From Mizuhopecten yessoensis (Eukaryota): DNA of 64,000 nt. The DNA lies in contig NW_018408912.1 of assembly GCF_002113885.1 (NCBI RefSeq), positions 1,151,228 through 1,215,227 of the forward strand, written 5' to 3'. Shown here in pieces: positions 53,061 through 64,000 of the stretch (positions are counted from its first letter, which is position 1; the number at the start of each line of letters is the position of its first letter). The translations under genes were made by a program, and so were the position numbers. The notes under the pieces were generated by a model. It saw only the letters and a list, made by a program, of their open reading frames with translations. It ran no database searches and was not told the DNA's origin.

Positions 53061-54027
53061 ATCATTTCTTTCTGAATCTTCTTCAGATGCAAATGTTCAT
53101 GGGCATACAAACCATTCACCAACATACATGGTTCTTTTGATATTGTTGTTGCAAAGACAAGATATCTAACATTTTGAACTCACAATAGAACACTGGTAAA
53201 AAGTGTTAAGGCTACCATTACCACACTATAGATATTCAGCACTTTAGTGAGTATTTTTTTCCTATTCGTAGCCATTGACTATCAGGGTATACATGGTAAT
53301 GTCTACATCCATGGGTAAACATGTATTTTTATCTGCTCTACAATATACTCAGTGTCCATCAGACATTTTTCAATTAACTAGTTGCTTTATGATTTGTTAT
53401 GTGTTATAGGTCTGCAGATTTGCTTTGTTTTATTGGTCGCTGGTATCTTACTGGTGATGTGGCAGCTTGCTATGTACAGCCTAGATACCACCAGCCTCCC
53501 CTAGGACACATTATGGTCAATTTGAGTAAACTTGTTGAACACACAGCCTATTGATGTTGATAAGGGGGAGTTTCGTAAGAGACAAAACGAATGTCAGACA
53601 GTCTAGGCCATGGATGCCATATCCTGCTACAAGCCAATTTTTAGTTTTGGTATCAAATTACTGCTATTGAAATAAATATGATGCTATTGATGTTCTGTGC
53701 CTCTCTACAAACGACTTTGATATGATGAACGCTTTATCTATGCACCTCTATTAAGCCCATTGTCAGAGTAATCGGACTGGGTGGAATGTCACGCTACCAG
53801 TGGAGTGTCACGCTACTGTTGGAGTATCACGCTACCGTGTCCAATCAGGACATTTCAGTGGGATTGCACTTTAAATAGGTCCTACCATCTCAAGACTGTC
53901 TTTATCTGAACTTAGTAAGGAACTCAGGTTATAAACGAAAAAATCATGTAGCCTTTAAAAGCAAACAATTTTTCATGCCAATGCAATGCTGCAATTTTAA
54001 TGGTATGAAAAATGTCCAAGAAAAGAT

Positions 54028-54193
54028 GCACAGGTGATGTTTATAGACAGGTGATGTTTATAGACAGGTGGTATTTATAGACAGGTGGTCTTTATAGACA
54101 GGTGGTCTTTATACAGGTGTTTTATATAGACAGGTAGTTTTATAGACAAATGGTCTTTACTGACCGGTGGTCTTTTAAAACAGGTTACGGTAT
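54028..54193. repeat. 18-bp GACAGGTGGTCTTTATA repeats, possibly the subterminal region of a decayed Tc1/pogo-like MITE
   Basis: About 8 degenerate units ending ACAGGTTACGGTA. Confidence 0.55.
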
Positions 54194-54337
54194 ATTGAGT
54201 TGATTAAACAAAACTGTCAGTGACAGGAAACTACTATGATACAACATGACTGAAATCTTTGTTTGTCTAACGGAGTTCCTGAAAATGATGACCCATAATG
54301 AAGGAACATAAGTTTGTATTATATGTACATAAAGCAA

Positions 54338-55640
54338 TAGTAAATGGACAGGTAGGTGACTTTATAGGGAGGGTGTTACTCTGCAGACATGTCACTATGT
54401 AGTAGTAAATGGACAGGTAGGTGACTTTATAGGGAGAGCGTTACTCTACAGACATGTCACTATGTAGTAGTAAATGGACAGGTAGGTGGCTTTATAGGGA
54501 TGGTGTTACTCTACAGACATGTCACTATGTAGTAGTAAATGGACAGGTAGGTGACTTTATAGGGAGGGTGTTACTCTACAGACATGTCACTATGTAGTAG
54601 TAAATGGACAGGTAGGTGACTTTATAGGGAGGGTGTTACTCTACAGACATGTCACTATGTAGTAGTAAATGGACAGGTAGGTGACTTTATAGGGAGGGTG
54701 TTACTCTACAGACATGTCACTATGTAGTAGTAAATGGACAGGTAGGTGACTTTATAGGGAGGGTGTTACTCTACAGACATGTCACTATGTAGTAGTAAAT
54801 GGACAGGTAGGTGACTTTATAGGGAGGGTGTTACTCTACAGACATGTCACTATGTAGTAGTAAATGGACAGGTAGGTGACTTTATAGGGAGGGTGTTACT
54901 CTACAGACATGTCACTATGTAGTAGTAAATGGACAGGTAGGTGACTTTATAGGGAGGGTGTTACTCTACAGACATGTCACTATGTAGTAGTAAATGGACA
55001 GGTAGGTGACTTTATAGGGAGGGTGTTACTCTACAGACATGTCACTATGTAGTAGTAAATGGACAGGTAGGTGACTTTATAGGGAGGGTGTTACTCTACA
55101 GACATGTCACTATGTAGTAGTAAATGGACAGGTAGGTGACTTTATAGGGAGGGTGTTACTCTACAGACATGTCACTATGTAGTAGTAAATGGACAGGTAG
55201 GTGACTTTATAGGGAGGGTGTTACTCTACAGACATGTCACTATGTAGTAGTAAATGGACAGGTAGGTGACTTTATAGGGAGGGTGTTACTCTACAGACAT
55301 GTCACTATGTAGTAGTAAATGGACAGGTAGGTGACTTTATAGGGAGGGTGTTACTCTACAGACATGTCACTATGTAGTAGTAAATGGACAGGTAGGTGAC
55401 TTTATAGGGAGGGTGTTACTCTACAGACATGTCACTATGTAGTAGTAAATGGACAGGTAGGTGACTTTATAGGGAGGGTGTTACTCTACAGACATGTCAC
55501 TATGTAGTAGTAAATGGACAGGTAGGTGACTTTATAGGGAGGGTGTTACTCTACAGACATGTCACTATGTAGTAGTAAATGGACAGGTAGGTGACTTTAT
55601 AGGGAGGGTGTTACTCTACAGACATGTCACTATGTAGTAG
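54338..55640. repeat. 65-bp minisatellite x20, almost invariant
   Basis: Unit GTAGTAGTAAATGGACAGGTAGGTGACTTTATAGGGAGGGTGTTACTCTACAGACATGTCACTAT; variants only in the first three copies. Confidence 0.98.
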
Positions 55641-55896
55641 TTGTCATAATAGGTTTCTATAAACAAGGATTTGTTTGCAGATGCCCATATATAGAAAACT
55701 TTTGCAGACAGACAAATGCCTTTCCACAACTTTCCAACCAGTTAAGCTAAAACTGTACCACTAGGCCATATTGTTCACACAGCCCTTATACCCAGATGGT
55801 TATAAACAAAAGGAAGCCACTGAAACGTCGGGAAACTATGGCAACACAAAAGCAGTTCCCTAGTGGAGGTTGGTGTTATTTCTAAATGACACTTAC

Positions 55897-56081
55897 ATTA
55901 CTGACGTCGGTAACTGTTGACAACGTAGAGGGCACTGACATCTGACTCTGTATGCTATCTGTACGTCGGTGTTCAGGTGTGTTATCCTGTGTGGATGTAC
56001 CGCTGACATGACCACTATCCTCCAGGCTTCCTGATCCCTCAGAGCTGGCTCGCGGGGACAGTTTAGGTGGTACCTCCTTCT
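55897..56081 (-). CDS. SYTL4/5: SYTL4/5 Ser-rich linker exon
   Basis: tttgcAG|(E)KEVPPKLSPRASSEGSGSLEDSGHVSG...TVTDVSN|GTAAGT; phase 1/0 joins the giant exon to 46448. Confidence 0.8.
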
Positions 56082-57720
56082 CTGCAAAGGCAATAAAATC
56101 CCTCCGATTATTCATCCCTTCGTATTAAAATTAAATCTCTGTGACGCTTTAAAGTGAAATCAATATGTGCTGTTAATAGGATCCTGTGCATATCATTTTT
56201 GAAAGCAATAGATACAGCAGCATGAAAAAAAAATCACTCATTTAAAACAGGGATCAATTGAACAATGTTCAAGATAAGCAAAAAGCTAAAAACAGAAGAC
56301 AAAAGCTGATGGCAAGCCAGTGAAAATCTTTCCTGACTCTTTTTTTATAAATGAATCTTAGACAATCCTGAAAATGCACTTAAACTTTGAAAGATATCAG
56401 GAAGTCGAGAACCATTATCTGCCGTTTTCCTAAGAAAATGTGCCAGAATAGCTATACGGAATGAGAAATAATCAATGTGTCCTAATAGTGTCTTTGATGG
56501 TCTTTAGATCATATATTCATGACGTAAATTTGGATTCAAGCAAGTAATAAGCGATTCTGGTCCAATTGTTTTTACAGCATGCAGTTCATGAACATATCTA
56601 TCCAGTCTGAAGTGATTACAGATGACAACATCAAGAAAGGTTTTAATTACTTCATCGCTGCATTGTCGGAAGGTGCTCGGAAGTTGCTCGTCACCAGAAG
56701 CATGAGGTGCGGTTATATGTCACTCCACATATAACAGTGTGCTTATCAAACATCCAGATATCTGCACCTAAGATATGGTTACGCTCTCAACTGGCCGACA
56801 TTTGTAGTGATTGCATGTTACTTTATCTGTGCTGTTTATAACAGAACTTCACATGTACGTCAATTTAAGAGATCATTAACAACCTGATCAGAATGTTTAA
56901 AAGGAATTACTATTTTTCCCCCTTTATAGCAGTTTTCCTTTCTAAAGGAATACAACATATATAGTAACAGACATTTTGTTACAGGTTTTGTGAAAATATT
57001 CTTACAACCCAGTTTTATTTCAAAATAGAAAAAGAACATGCTTACGTTTTTTGTTTAATCGTACTAAGGAGCCAGGCCACAAAAGAGAAATCTCATTTTC
57101 ATGGGTTTTTATCACAGTAAAAATAAAAATACTTTACACTCATAGGAGCCCTATTTTGTTTATGTGTAAAAATGTTACAGCGTCCAAGTTTTCACATTTT
57201 TTATCACTCTGGATCAACGTCATTGGAAAGTATATATATATAGATGTAACCTAGATTCCAGAAATGTAGGATATTCCCCTGGAAGTTAATAAAGAAGCTA
57301 CAGCCGTGTTAGGAGAGGTGAGGGAGCATGTGTTACCAGAGTATCGCGGTGATAGACACGCTGCGGAGTAGCCAGAGTTTCCTCTGGACCTGACTCCAGA
57401 CTTGAGACATTTTGACAGATGTCTACTGAGTGGCTAGCCGAGGAGCATTTATTCAGGAACTATCTAGATGGACCATAAATTTACACTGAGATCATCTAGA
57501 CATGCCAGGTTTAACAACAGTTGCATGACTGCATTTGAACAGCAACTCTGTTTGGATCCAAACAAAGTCAATCAGTTAAATAATTCATACCGCTTCATAT
57601 CTCAACTTTCACAAATTTGCATCCACAATCAATGGCTTTACTTTTTACACGACCTGTGGATCACAATCGATGGTTCAGTCATTGGATTTAGTCTTTACAA
57701 GTTTTGTGCTTTACCAACAT

Positions 57721-58995
57721 GATGGCTGTAGTCTTAACAATCAATGGTTTCAGACTTTACATTACTTGTGTACTTGATGTCTGCATGTAGTTTTAACAAT
57801 CAATGGTTTAAGACTTTACATGACTTGCACACTTGATGGCTGTAGTCTTAACAATAAATGGTTTAAGACTTAACATGACTTGTGTACTTGATGGCTATAG
57901 TCTTAAACCATTGACTGTTAAGACTACATGCAGACATCAAGGACACAAGTCATGTTAAGTCTAAAACCATTGATTGTTAAGTCTACATGCAGACATCGAG
58001 TACACAAGTCATGTACAGTCTTAAACCATTGATTGCTAAGACTACAGCCATCAAGTGTACTTGATGGCTATAGTCTTAAACCATTGATTGCTAAGACTAC
58101 ATGCAGAGATCAAGTACCCAAGTAATGTAAAGTCTGAAACCATTGTTTGTTAAGACTACAGGCATCAAGTACACAAGTAATGTAAAGTCTTAAAACACTT
58201 GATGGCTGTCGTCTTAACAATCAATGGATTAAGACTTTACATGACTTGTGCACTTGATGGCTGTCGGCTTAACAATCAATGGATTCAGACTTAACATGGC
58301 TTGTGTACTTGATGCCTGTAGTCTTAACAATAAATTGTTTAAGGCTTAACATGACTTGTCTACTTGATGGCTATAGTCTTAACAATCAATGGTTTAAGAA
58401 TTTACATTACTTTTGTACTTTATGTCTGTAGTCTTAATAATCAATGGTTTAAGAATTTACATTACTTTTGTACTTTATGTCTGTAGTCTTAATAATCAAT
58501 GGTTTAAGACTTTACATTACTTGGGTACTTGATCTCTGCATGTAGTCTTAACAATCAATGGTTTAAGACTTAACATGACTTGTGCACTTGATGGCTGTAG
58601 TCTTAACAATCAATGGTTTAAGACTTTACATGACTTGTGTACTTGATGGCTGTAGTCTTAACAATCAATGGTTTCAGACTTAACATGACTTGTGTACTTG
58701 ATGTCTGCATGTAGTCTTAGCAATCAATGGTTTAAGACTTTACATGACTTGTGTACTTGATGGCTTTAGTCTTAACAATCAATGGTTTAAGACTTAACAT
58801 TACTTGTGTACTTGATGTCTGCATGTAGTCTTAACAATCAATGGTTTAAGACTTAACATGACTTGTGTACTTGATGGCTGTAGTCTTAACAATCAATGGT
58901 TTAAGACTTTACATTACTTGTGTACTTGATGTCTGTAGTCTTAACAATCAATGGTTTAAGACTTAACATGACTTGTGCACTTGATGGCTGTATTT
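57721..58995. repeat. 55/59-bp minisatellite with internal inversions (about 57899-58195)
   Basis: Unit GATGGCTGTAGTCTTAACAATCAATGGTTTAAGACTTTACATGACTTGTGTACTT; reverse-complement units in two short blocks. Confidence 0.95.
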
Positions 58996-58999
58996 TAAC

Positions 59000-59831
59000 A
59001 TGTAACTCATGAGGTGTAAACATCACCATCAAAATGTAACTCATGAGGTGTAAACTTCACCATCAAAATGTAAACCATGTGGTATAAACATCACCATCAA
59101 TGTAACTCATGAGGTGTAAACATCACTGTCAATGTAACACGTGAGGTTTAAACACCACCATCAAAATGTAACTTATGAGGTGTAAACATAACAATCAAAC
59201 TGTAACTCATGAGGTTTAAACATCACCATCACAATGTAACTCATGATGTGTAAACATCACTGTCAATGTAACACGTGAGGTTTAAACACCACCATCAAAA
59301 TGTAACTTATGAGGTGTAAACATAACAATCAAACTGTAACTCATGAGGTATAAACATCACCATAAAAATGTAACTCATGAGGAGTAAACTTCACCATCAA
59401 AATGGAAACCATGTGGTATAAACATCACCATCACAATGTAACTCATGATGTGTAAACATCACTGTCAATGTAACTCATGATGTGTAAACATCACTGTCAA
59501 TGTAACACGTGAGGTTTAAACACCACCATCAAAATGTAACTAATGAGGTGTAAACTTCACCATCAAAATGGAAACCATGTGGTATAAACGTCACCATTAA
59601 AATGTAACTTATGAGGTGTAAACATAACAATCAAACTGTAACTCATGAGGTATAACATCATCATCAATGTAAATCATGAGGTGTAAACCTCACCATCAAA
59701 ATGTCACTCATGAGGTGTAAACATCATCATCAATGTAACTCATGAGGTGTTAACTTCACCATCAAAATGTAAACCATGTGGTATAAACATCACCATTAAA
59801 ATGTAACTTATGAGGTGTAAACATCATCATC
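59000..59831. repeat. 32-34 bp minisatellite, about 25 copies, abutting the previous array
   Basis: Unit TGTAACTCATGAGGTGTAAACATCACCATCAAAA. Confidence 0.93.
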
Positions 59832-59849
59832 TTACACTCTTGTTATTAA

Positions 59850-59932
59850 CCCATTCACCCCTATAGTCACATATGAACCTTAACAAATCAAAGACTGGGC
59901 AAGTCGGATTTAGATATGTAAGGGTAAATGAG
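59850..59932. mobile_element. 83-bp TTAA-flanked mini-MITE
   Basis: TTAA-CCCATTCACCC...GGGTAAATGAG-TTAA; same length and similar ends as 9131-9213. Confidence 0.6.
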
Positions 59933-60065
59933 TTAAAGAGATAAAACTTCACAATGTTTTAGTGTTTAAAATCTATCCTATTTCCTGGCTTAAGTCGACT
60001 TAAATATTGACTTTTTAAATTCTGATTCTGAATGCAACCCTGCAAGCATAATATGCCATACATGC

Positions 60066-60228
60066 ATGCATAATGTATACCAGCATGCATCATAATTTAT
60101 ACCAGCATGCATCATAATCTATACCAGAATGCATCATAATTTATACCAGCATGCATCATAATCTATACCAGCATGCATCACAATTTATACCAACATGCAT
60201 CATAATCTATACCAGCATGCATCACAAT
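60066..60228. repeat. 22-bp tandem repeat, about 7 copies
   Basis: Unit GCATCATAAT(T/C)TATACCAGCAT. Confidence 0.9.
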
Positions 60229-60956
60229 ATGCTTTTAAAAGACCAGGGCCTTAGTTTTCAAAGATGGTCAAAACCTAATCAATATTATAATGCAAAGTAT
60301 TGAAATTGAAATTAAAATAAATCCAAATGTGGAGCAACTAAAAGTAAATGATCAAAGACAGGAAAGAAATAATTGTTATAAAATTTAGGAATTTCAGAAA
60401 GGAACTTTTTATTTCAGAGTTAATAGTCAATAAGCTGACACATCTTTGCAGAACTGAGCCCAACATGTGTACTCTACTTGTGTTAGTGTTACTGAGAGAA
60501 GCATAGGTTTCACTTGCAAGTTAACAACTTGCGCTAAAACACTGAAAAATATTTCCAAAATTAATTTAAATCTGAAAATTAAATTAATTAAAATATAAAA
60601 AGTTACCAAAAATTGAATAACAAATTGATTATGTTCTACAAAATTTATGAAAATTTCTTGCAAATGAATTTAAAAGAAAACATATATATATAAAATACTA
60701 CAACTACCTTTTATCAGGATTATAATGAATGAATGATTAAAACAAAATCACAAAGAAAGACATGTAGAAAAGTATAATAACCAAAGGAATTTCTAAAGTT
60801 ATTCTAAATAACAATATGTTAGTCACAAAATCACATTAAAGAAAGATAAAAGAGGTTAATAAGTGTGCTTGGGAAGGAGTGCAGATAGAAGGTCCCCCTC
60901 ACCACTTGTCACTTAGCTGATCATAAATTTCAGCAGAATCAAAACAATGGTGATAC

Positions 60957-63626
60957 CTGAATCTGTGTCAGTCAGAGAGCCAATAGGGAGGACTGGTATC
61001 TGGGTGGAATCAAGTGGGTGGGTCCCTGGGGTGCTTGATTGGCCTGTGTGGTAGGGGTCAAGGGTCAGGTTGTGGGAGGACTGTGGATCAGACACTTGGT
61101 TGAGAGATTTTTGTATTTTGGATTCACTTGAACCTTCTGAACTGTGAACCTCTGCCTCTAACCATTGTTTGACAAGTTTCTCTCGGAATACCTTCTTACT
61201 GACTGTACCCTCTGCCTCGAGTTGTGGTGTGTCCTTGATGGTGACCTCTGGCTCCAGATGTCTCTGCACCCCCATGTCGTCATCTTGATGTTTCTTCGTT
61301 AGTTTTATTAATGCCAACAAAGTGCCTGCCACAGGAATAACTTCTGCTTTCTTAGGTTCACTGCAAACTGCTTTCTCATGTTCTTTGTAAACCATATCTG
61401 TCTTCATTTTCTCATCACCATGGTAACCAACTGCCACATCATTATCCTCTTTATCCTCTATATAGGTTACCGTTCCCTTGACCTGCCCAATAGATTCCTC
61501 TACATAGGGGGACTCTTTTTCAGTATCCACATCTTCAATACGACTGTGAGCAGCTGCAAGAATCATTTCTACGGGAATACGTTCCATGGTACGATCACAA
61601 TCACTGTCAACTCCTGACGCAGCCTTGACAGTGCTACATTTACCACCGGAATCCCAGCTTCTAGTACTGGTCTCGCTGGGCTCACTATCCTCAGCAATTA
61701 CACTCAAGATGTCTGAGGATGTGTCACTCAGGGACTGCTCTCCCAAGGCTGCCCGCACAGTGGTCCTCACCTCCAGAAACTGACCATTTTTTTCTGATGG
61801 TGAACCAAAAGCCTCCCTGAAGTCATTTTCTGTAGAGTTTTCCTTAAAATGCCATAAGTTGGAGGACACAGATTGTTCACTCTCAGCATTTATTTCTTGT
61901 TCTTCTGTAGAAAACTGGTACTGGTTGTCATCATCAGGATCTTGACCCCAATGACCTTTGGCTTTCACCTTCAAATCAAGTGATTCTACTGGAGAATCAT
62001 CAGATTCATTTTGACCCCATGACTTTTCCTTGCCTTCTATGTAAGTGTCACTAGTCATACTGGGCTCAATGTCTTGTGAGGACTGCTTGTCAGGTCCCTC
62101 AGCTCTGCTCTCAATAACCAATGATTCTGTCTCTGGCTCAAGATCCCATTTTTGTGACATGTCGGTATTGTCCAGGATTATGTTAATAGTTGGTAATGAA
62201 GTAACTTGCTGTTCTTGTATAGAATCCATTACTTCTTCACTTACTGGTTCCTTCATGACAGGTAACATTGTAGATTTCAGCCCTTCGCCCTCAGGCTCCT
62301 TTACCACTGGAAGTTCACCTGTAGATGTTCTTTTCCTGGACTCTGAATCTGATTCAAGTTCCCCAGACACTGGTCTTTTCTTTGATTTTGAGCCTGACCT
62401 TGACCTCATTGACCCTGATCTTGACCGTATTTTTGGTAGTGGAGACTCTGGCGCTTCAAGGTCACTTATGGCTTTACTAAACAATGCCTCAAAGTCATCA
62501 TCTGGGGCTGGGGAAGGTGTTGATGGCATCCCCAGGGACTCTTCTTGCCAAATCCTGTCATTGAAGAAGGCATCATGGTTTCCTCTAGGTGATGCTCTTG
62601 GTGACTTTCCCAACCTCTGTATCCTTTCTTTCTCTTCAAAGAGACGCTTGGCATTTTTGATAGACAAATTTCGTTCACTTGAGGAATCCTCTCCAGAAAA
62701 ACTGACAGGAGAAGAAGGGACTGAAGATGGAGGGGAAGGAACATCTTCATGACTTCTTCTCATACTTCTCCTCCATACTGGGGCGACTGGGTCAGGGTCC
62801 TGGACAACCTTGTAACCTGATGGGCAAACTAAGTCAACATTCTTTGATTTTCTTGGAGGGGAGATAGGTTCAAAACCTACTGTCACCTTAGATCTCCGCG
62901 GTGGAGTTACAGGTTCACTTTCCTCAGGATTCTGTAATTTCCTTAGTGAAACAGCCAATTCTGCTTCCTTAACATGCTTTGATTTCCTCGGTGGTGGGAC
63001 AATAAGATCTGTGTCATCTGAATGTTTTTCTTTCCTTGGTGGGGCTACTGGTTTCGGTTCTGTGTAATTTTTCTTCCTTGGTGGGATAATAGGGTCAGTG
63101 ATCACAATCTTGGCTTTTCTTCTTGCTGGGGCAATGGGTTCACAGTCAGAGATCTTCATTGAGTACTGAGTGGAGGTCTGCTGAGCCTGAATGATTCCCT
63201 CTACCTGTGACAGAGATTGGGGTACGTTTCCCTCTACCTGTGACAGAGATTGGGGTACGTTTCCCTCTACCTGTGACAGAGATTGGGGTACGTTTCCCTC
63301 TACCTGTGACAGAGATTGGGGTACGTTTCCCTCTACCTGTGACAGAGATTGGGGTATGTTTCCCTCTACCTGTAACAGAGATTGGGGGATGTTTCCCTCT
63401 ACCTGTGACAGAGATTGAGGGTTGTTTCCCTCTACCTGTGACAGAGATTGGGGGACATTTCCCTCTATCTGTGACAGAGGTTGGGGGACATTTCCCTCTA
63501 CCTGTGACAGAGATTGGGGGACGTTTGTGACTGACTGGGATTCAGAACGTGTGAGCTGATCACGGCCCACCACAGCCTCGACCCTACCACAGTTAGCCCC
63601 CCCTTCTTCAAGCTGTAGAGAGGAAC
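60957..63626 (-). CDS. SYTL4/5: SYTL4/5 giant internal exon (2670 nt, 890 codons, disordered)
   Basis: Stop-free, mostly non-repetitive ORF in AT-rich DNA; ttgccAG acceptor and CAG|GTATC donor; phase 1/1, in frame with the 56081 exon. Assignment to this gene rests on strand, position and phase. Confidence 0.8.
63196..63525 (-). repeat. Coding 33-bp minisatellite x10 (NVPQSLSQVEG)
   Basis: Ten in-frame units inside the giant exon. Confidence 0.95.
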
Positions 63627-64000
63627 CTGGCAACAAACACAACATTAACATGCAAATGAAGCAGTAACTTGTGGAGGAAAAAACGATTAACATTTAAATT
63701 ACATCACCTATTTTCCATTTTGATTTTATTAAAACTAATCATGTCTTCATATCCTGGATTGTAGGATAAACATTCTATGATATAAATGATTTTTAATAAG
63801 ATTTAATAGGTTATTGGTGGACGCAGCCATTGTTGTTTCTATATCCACATCAATATAATGTAAAATACATTGTGGTAAACATCAGTATAATATACTGTGG
63901 TAAAATTATATCTATAAGAGGCTTGTATTGAATCATTGCATCAGTACCTAATTACTCATGAGAGACATTCTACAAAAAGTCAATATCAATAACAAGCTTA

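Noticed and set aside
62045-62752. 235-aa plus-strand ORF
   Set aside because: Antisense shadow of the giant coding exon.

Overview
AT-rich, intron-rich animal genomic DNA. The repeat families suggest a mollusc, probably a bivalve (inference). It holds three spliced genes whose exons I assembled by hand with consistent phases: (1) the last five coding exons of CSDE1/UNR (+, 1481-6227); (2) a complete 11-exon PRMT3 (+, 11124-22529, 1611 nt, 536 aa); (3) the 3' part of a synaptotagmin-like SYTL4/5 (bitesize/granuphilin-type) gene (-, 38452-63626, continuing beyond the window), with tandem C2 domains and a 2670-nt symmetric giant exon. Roughly a quarter of the window is about 22 unrelated minisatellite arrays, which explain nearly all long ORFs in the track. 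Mobile DNA includes a young, 5'-truncated Ngaro/PAT-type tyrosine-recombinase retrotransposon inside a minisatellite, several MITEs, SINE, Helentron-associated and RTE remnants. The most unusual patterns: tandem duplications anchored on splice sites and a stop codon; many arrays carrying sense-strand 5'-splice-site (U1) motifs; and arrays that flip orientation at their own internal inverted repeats.
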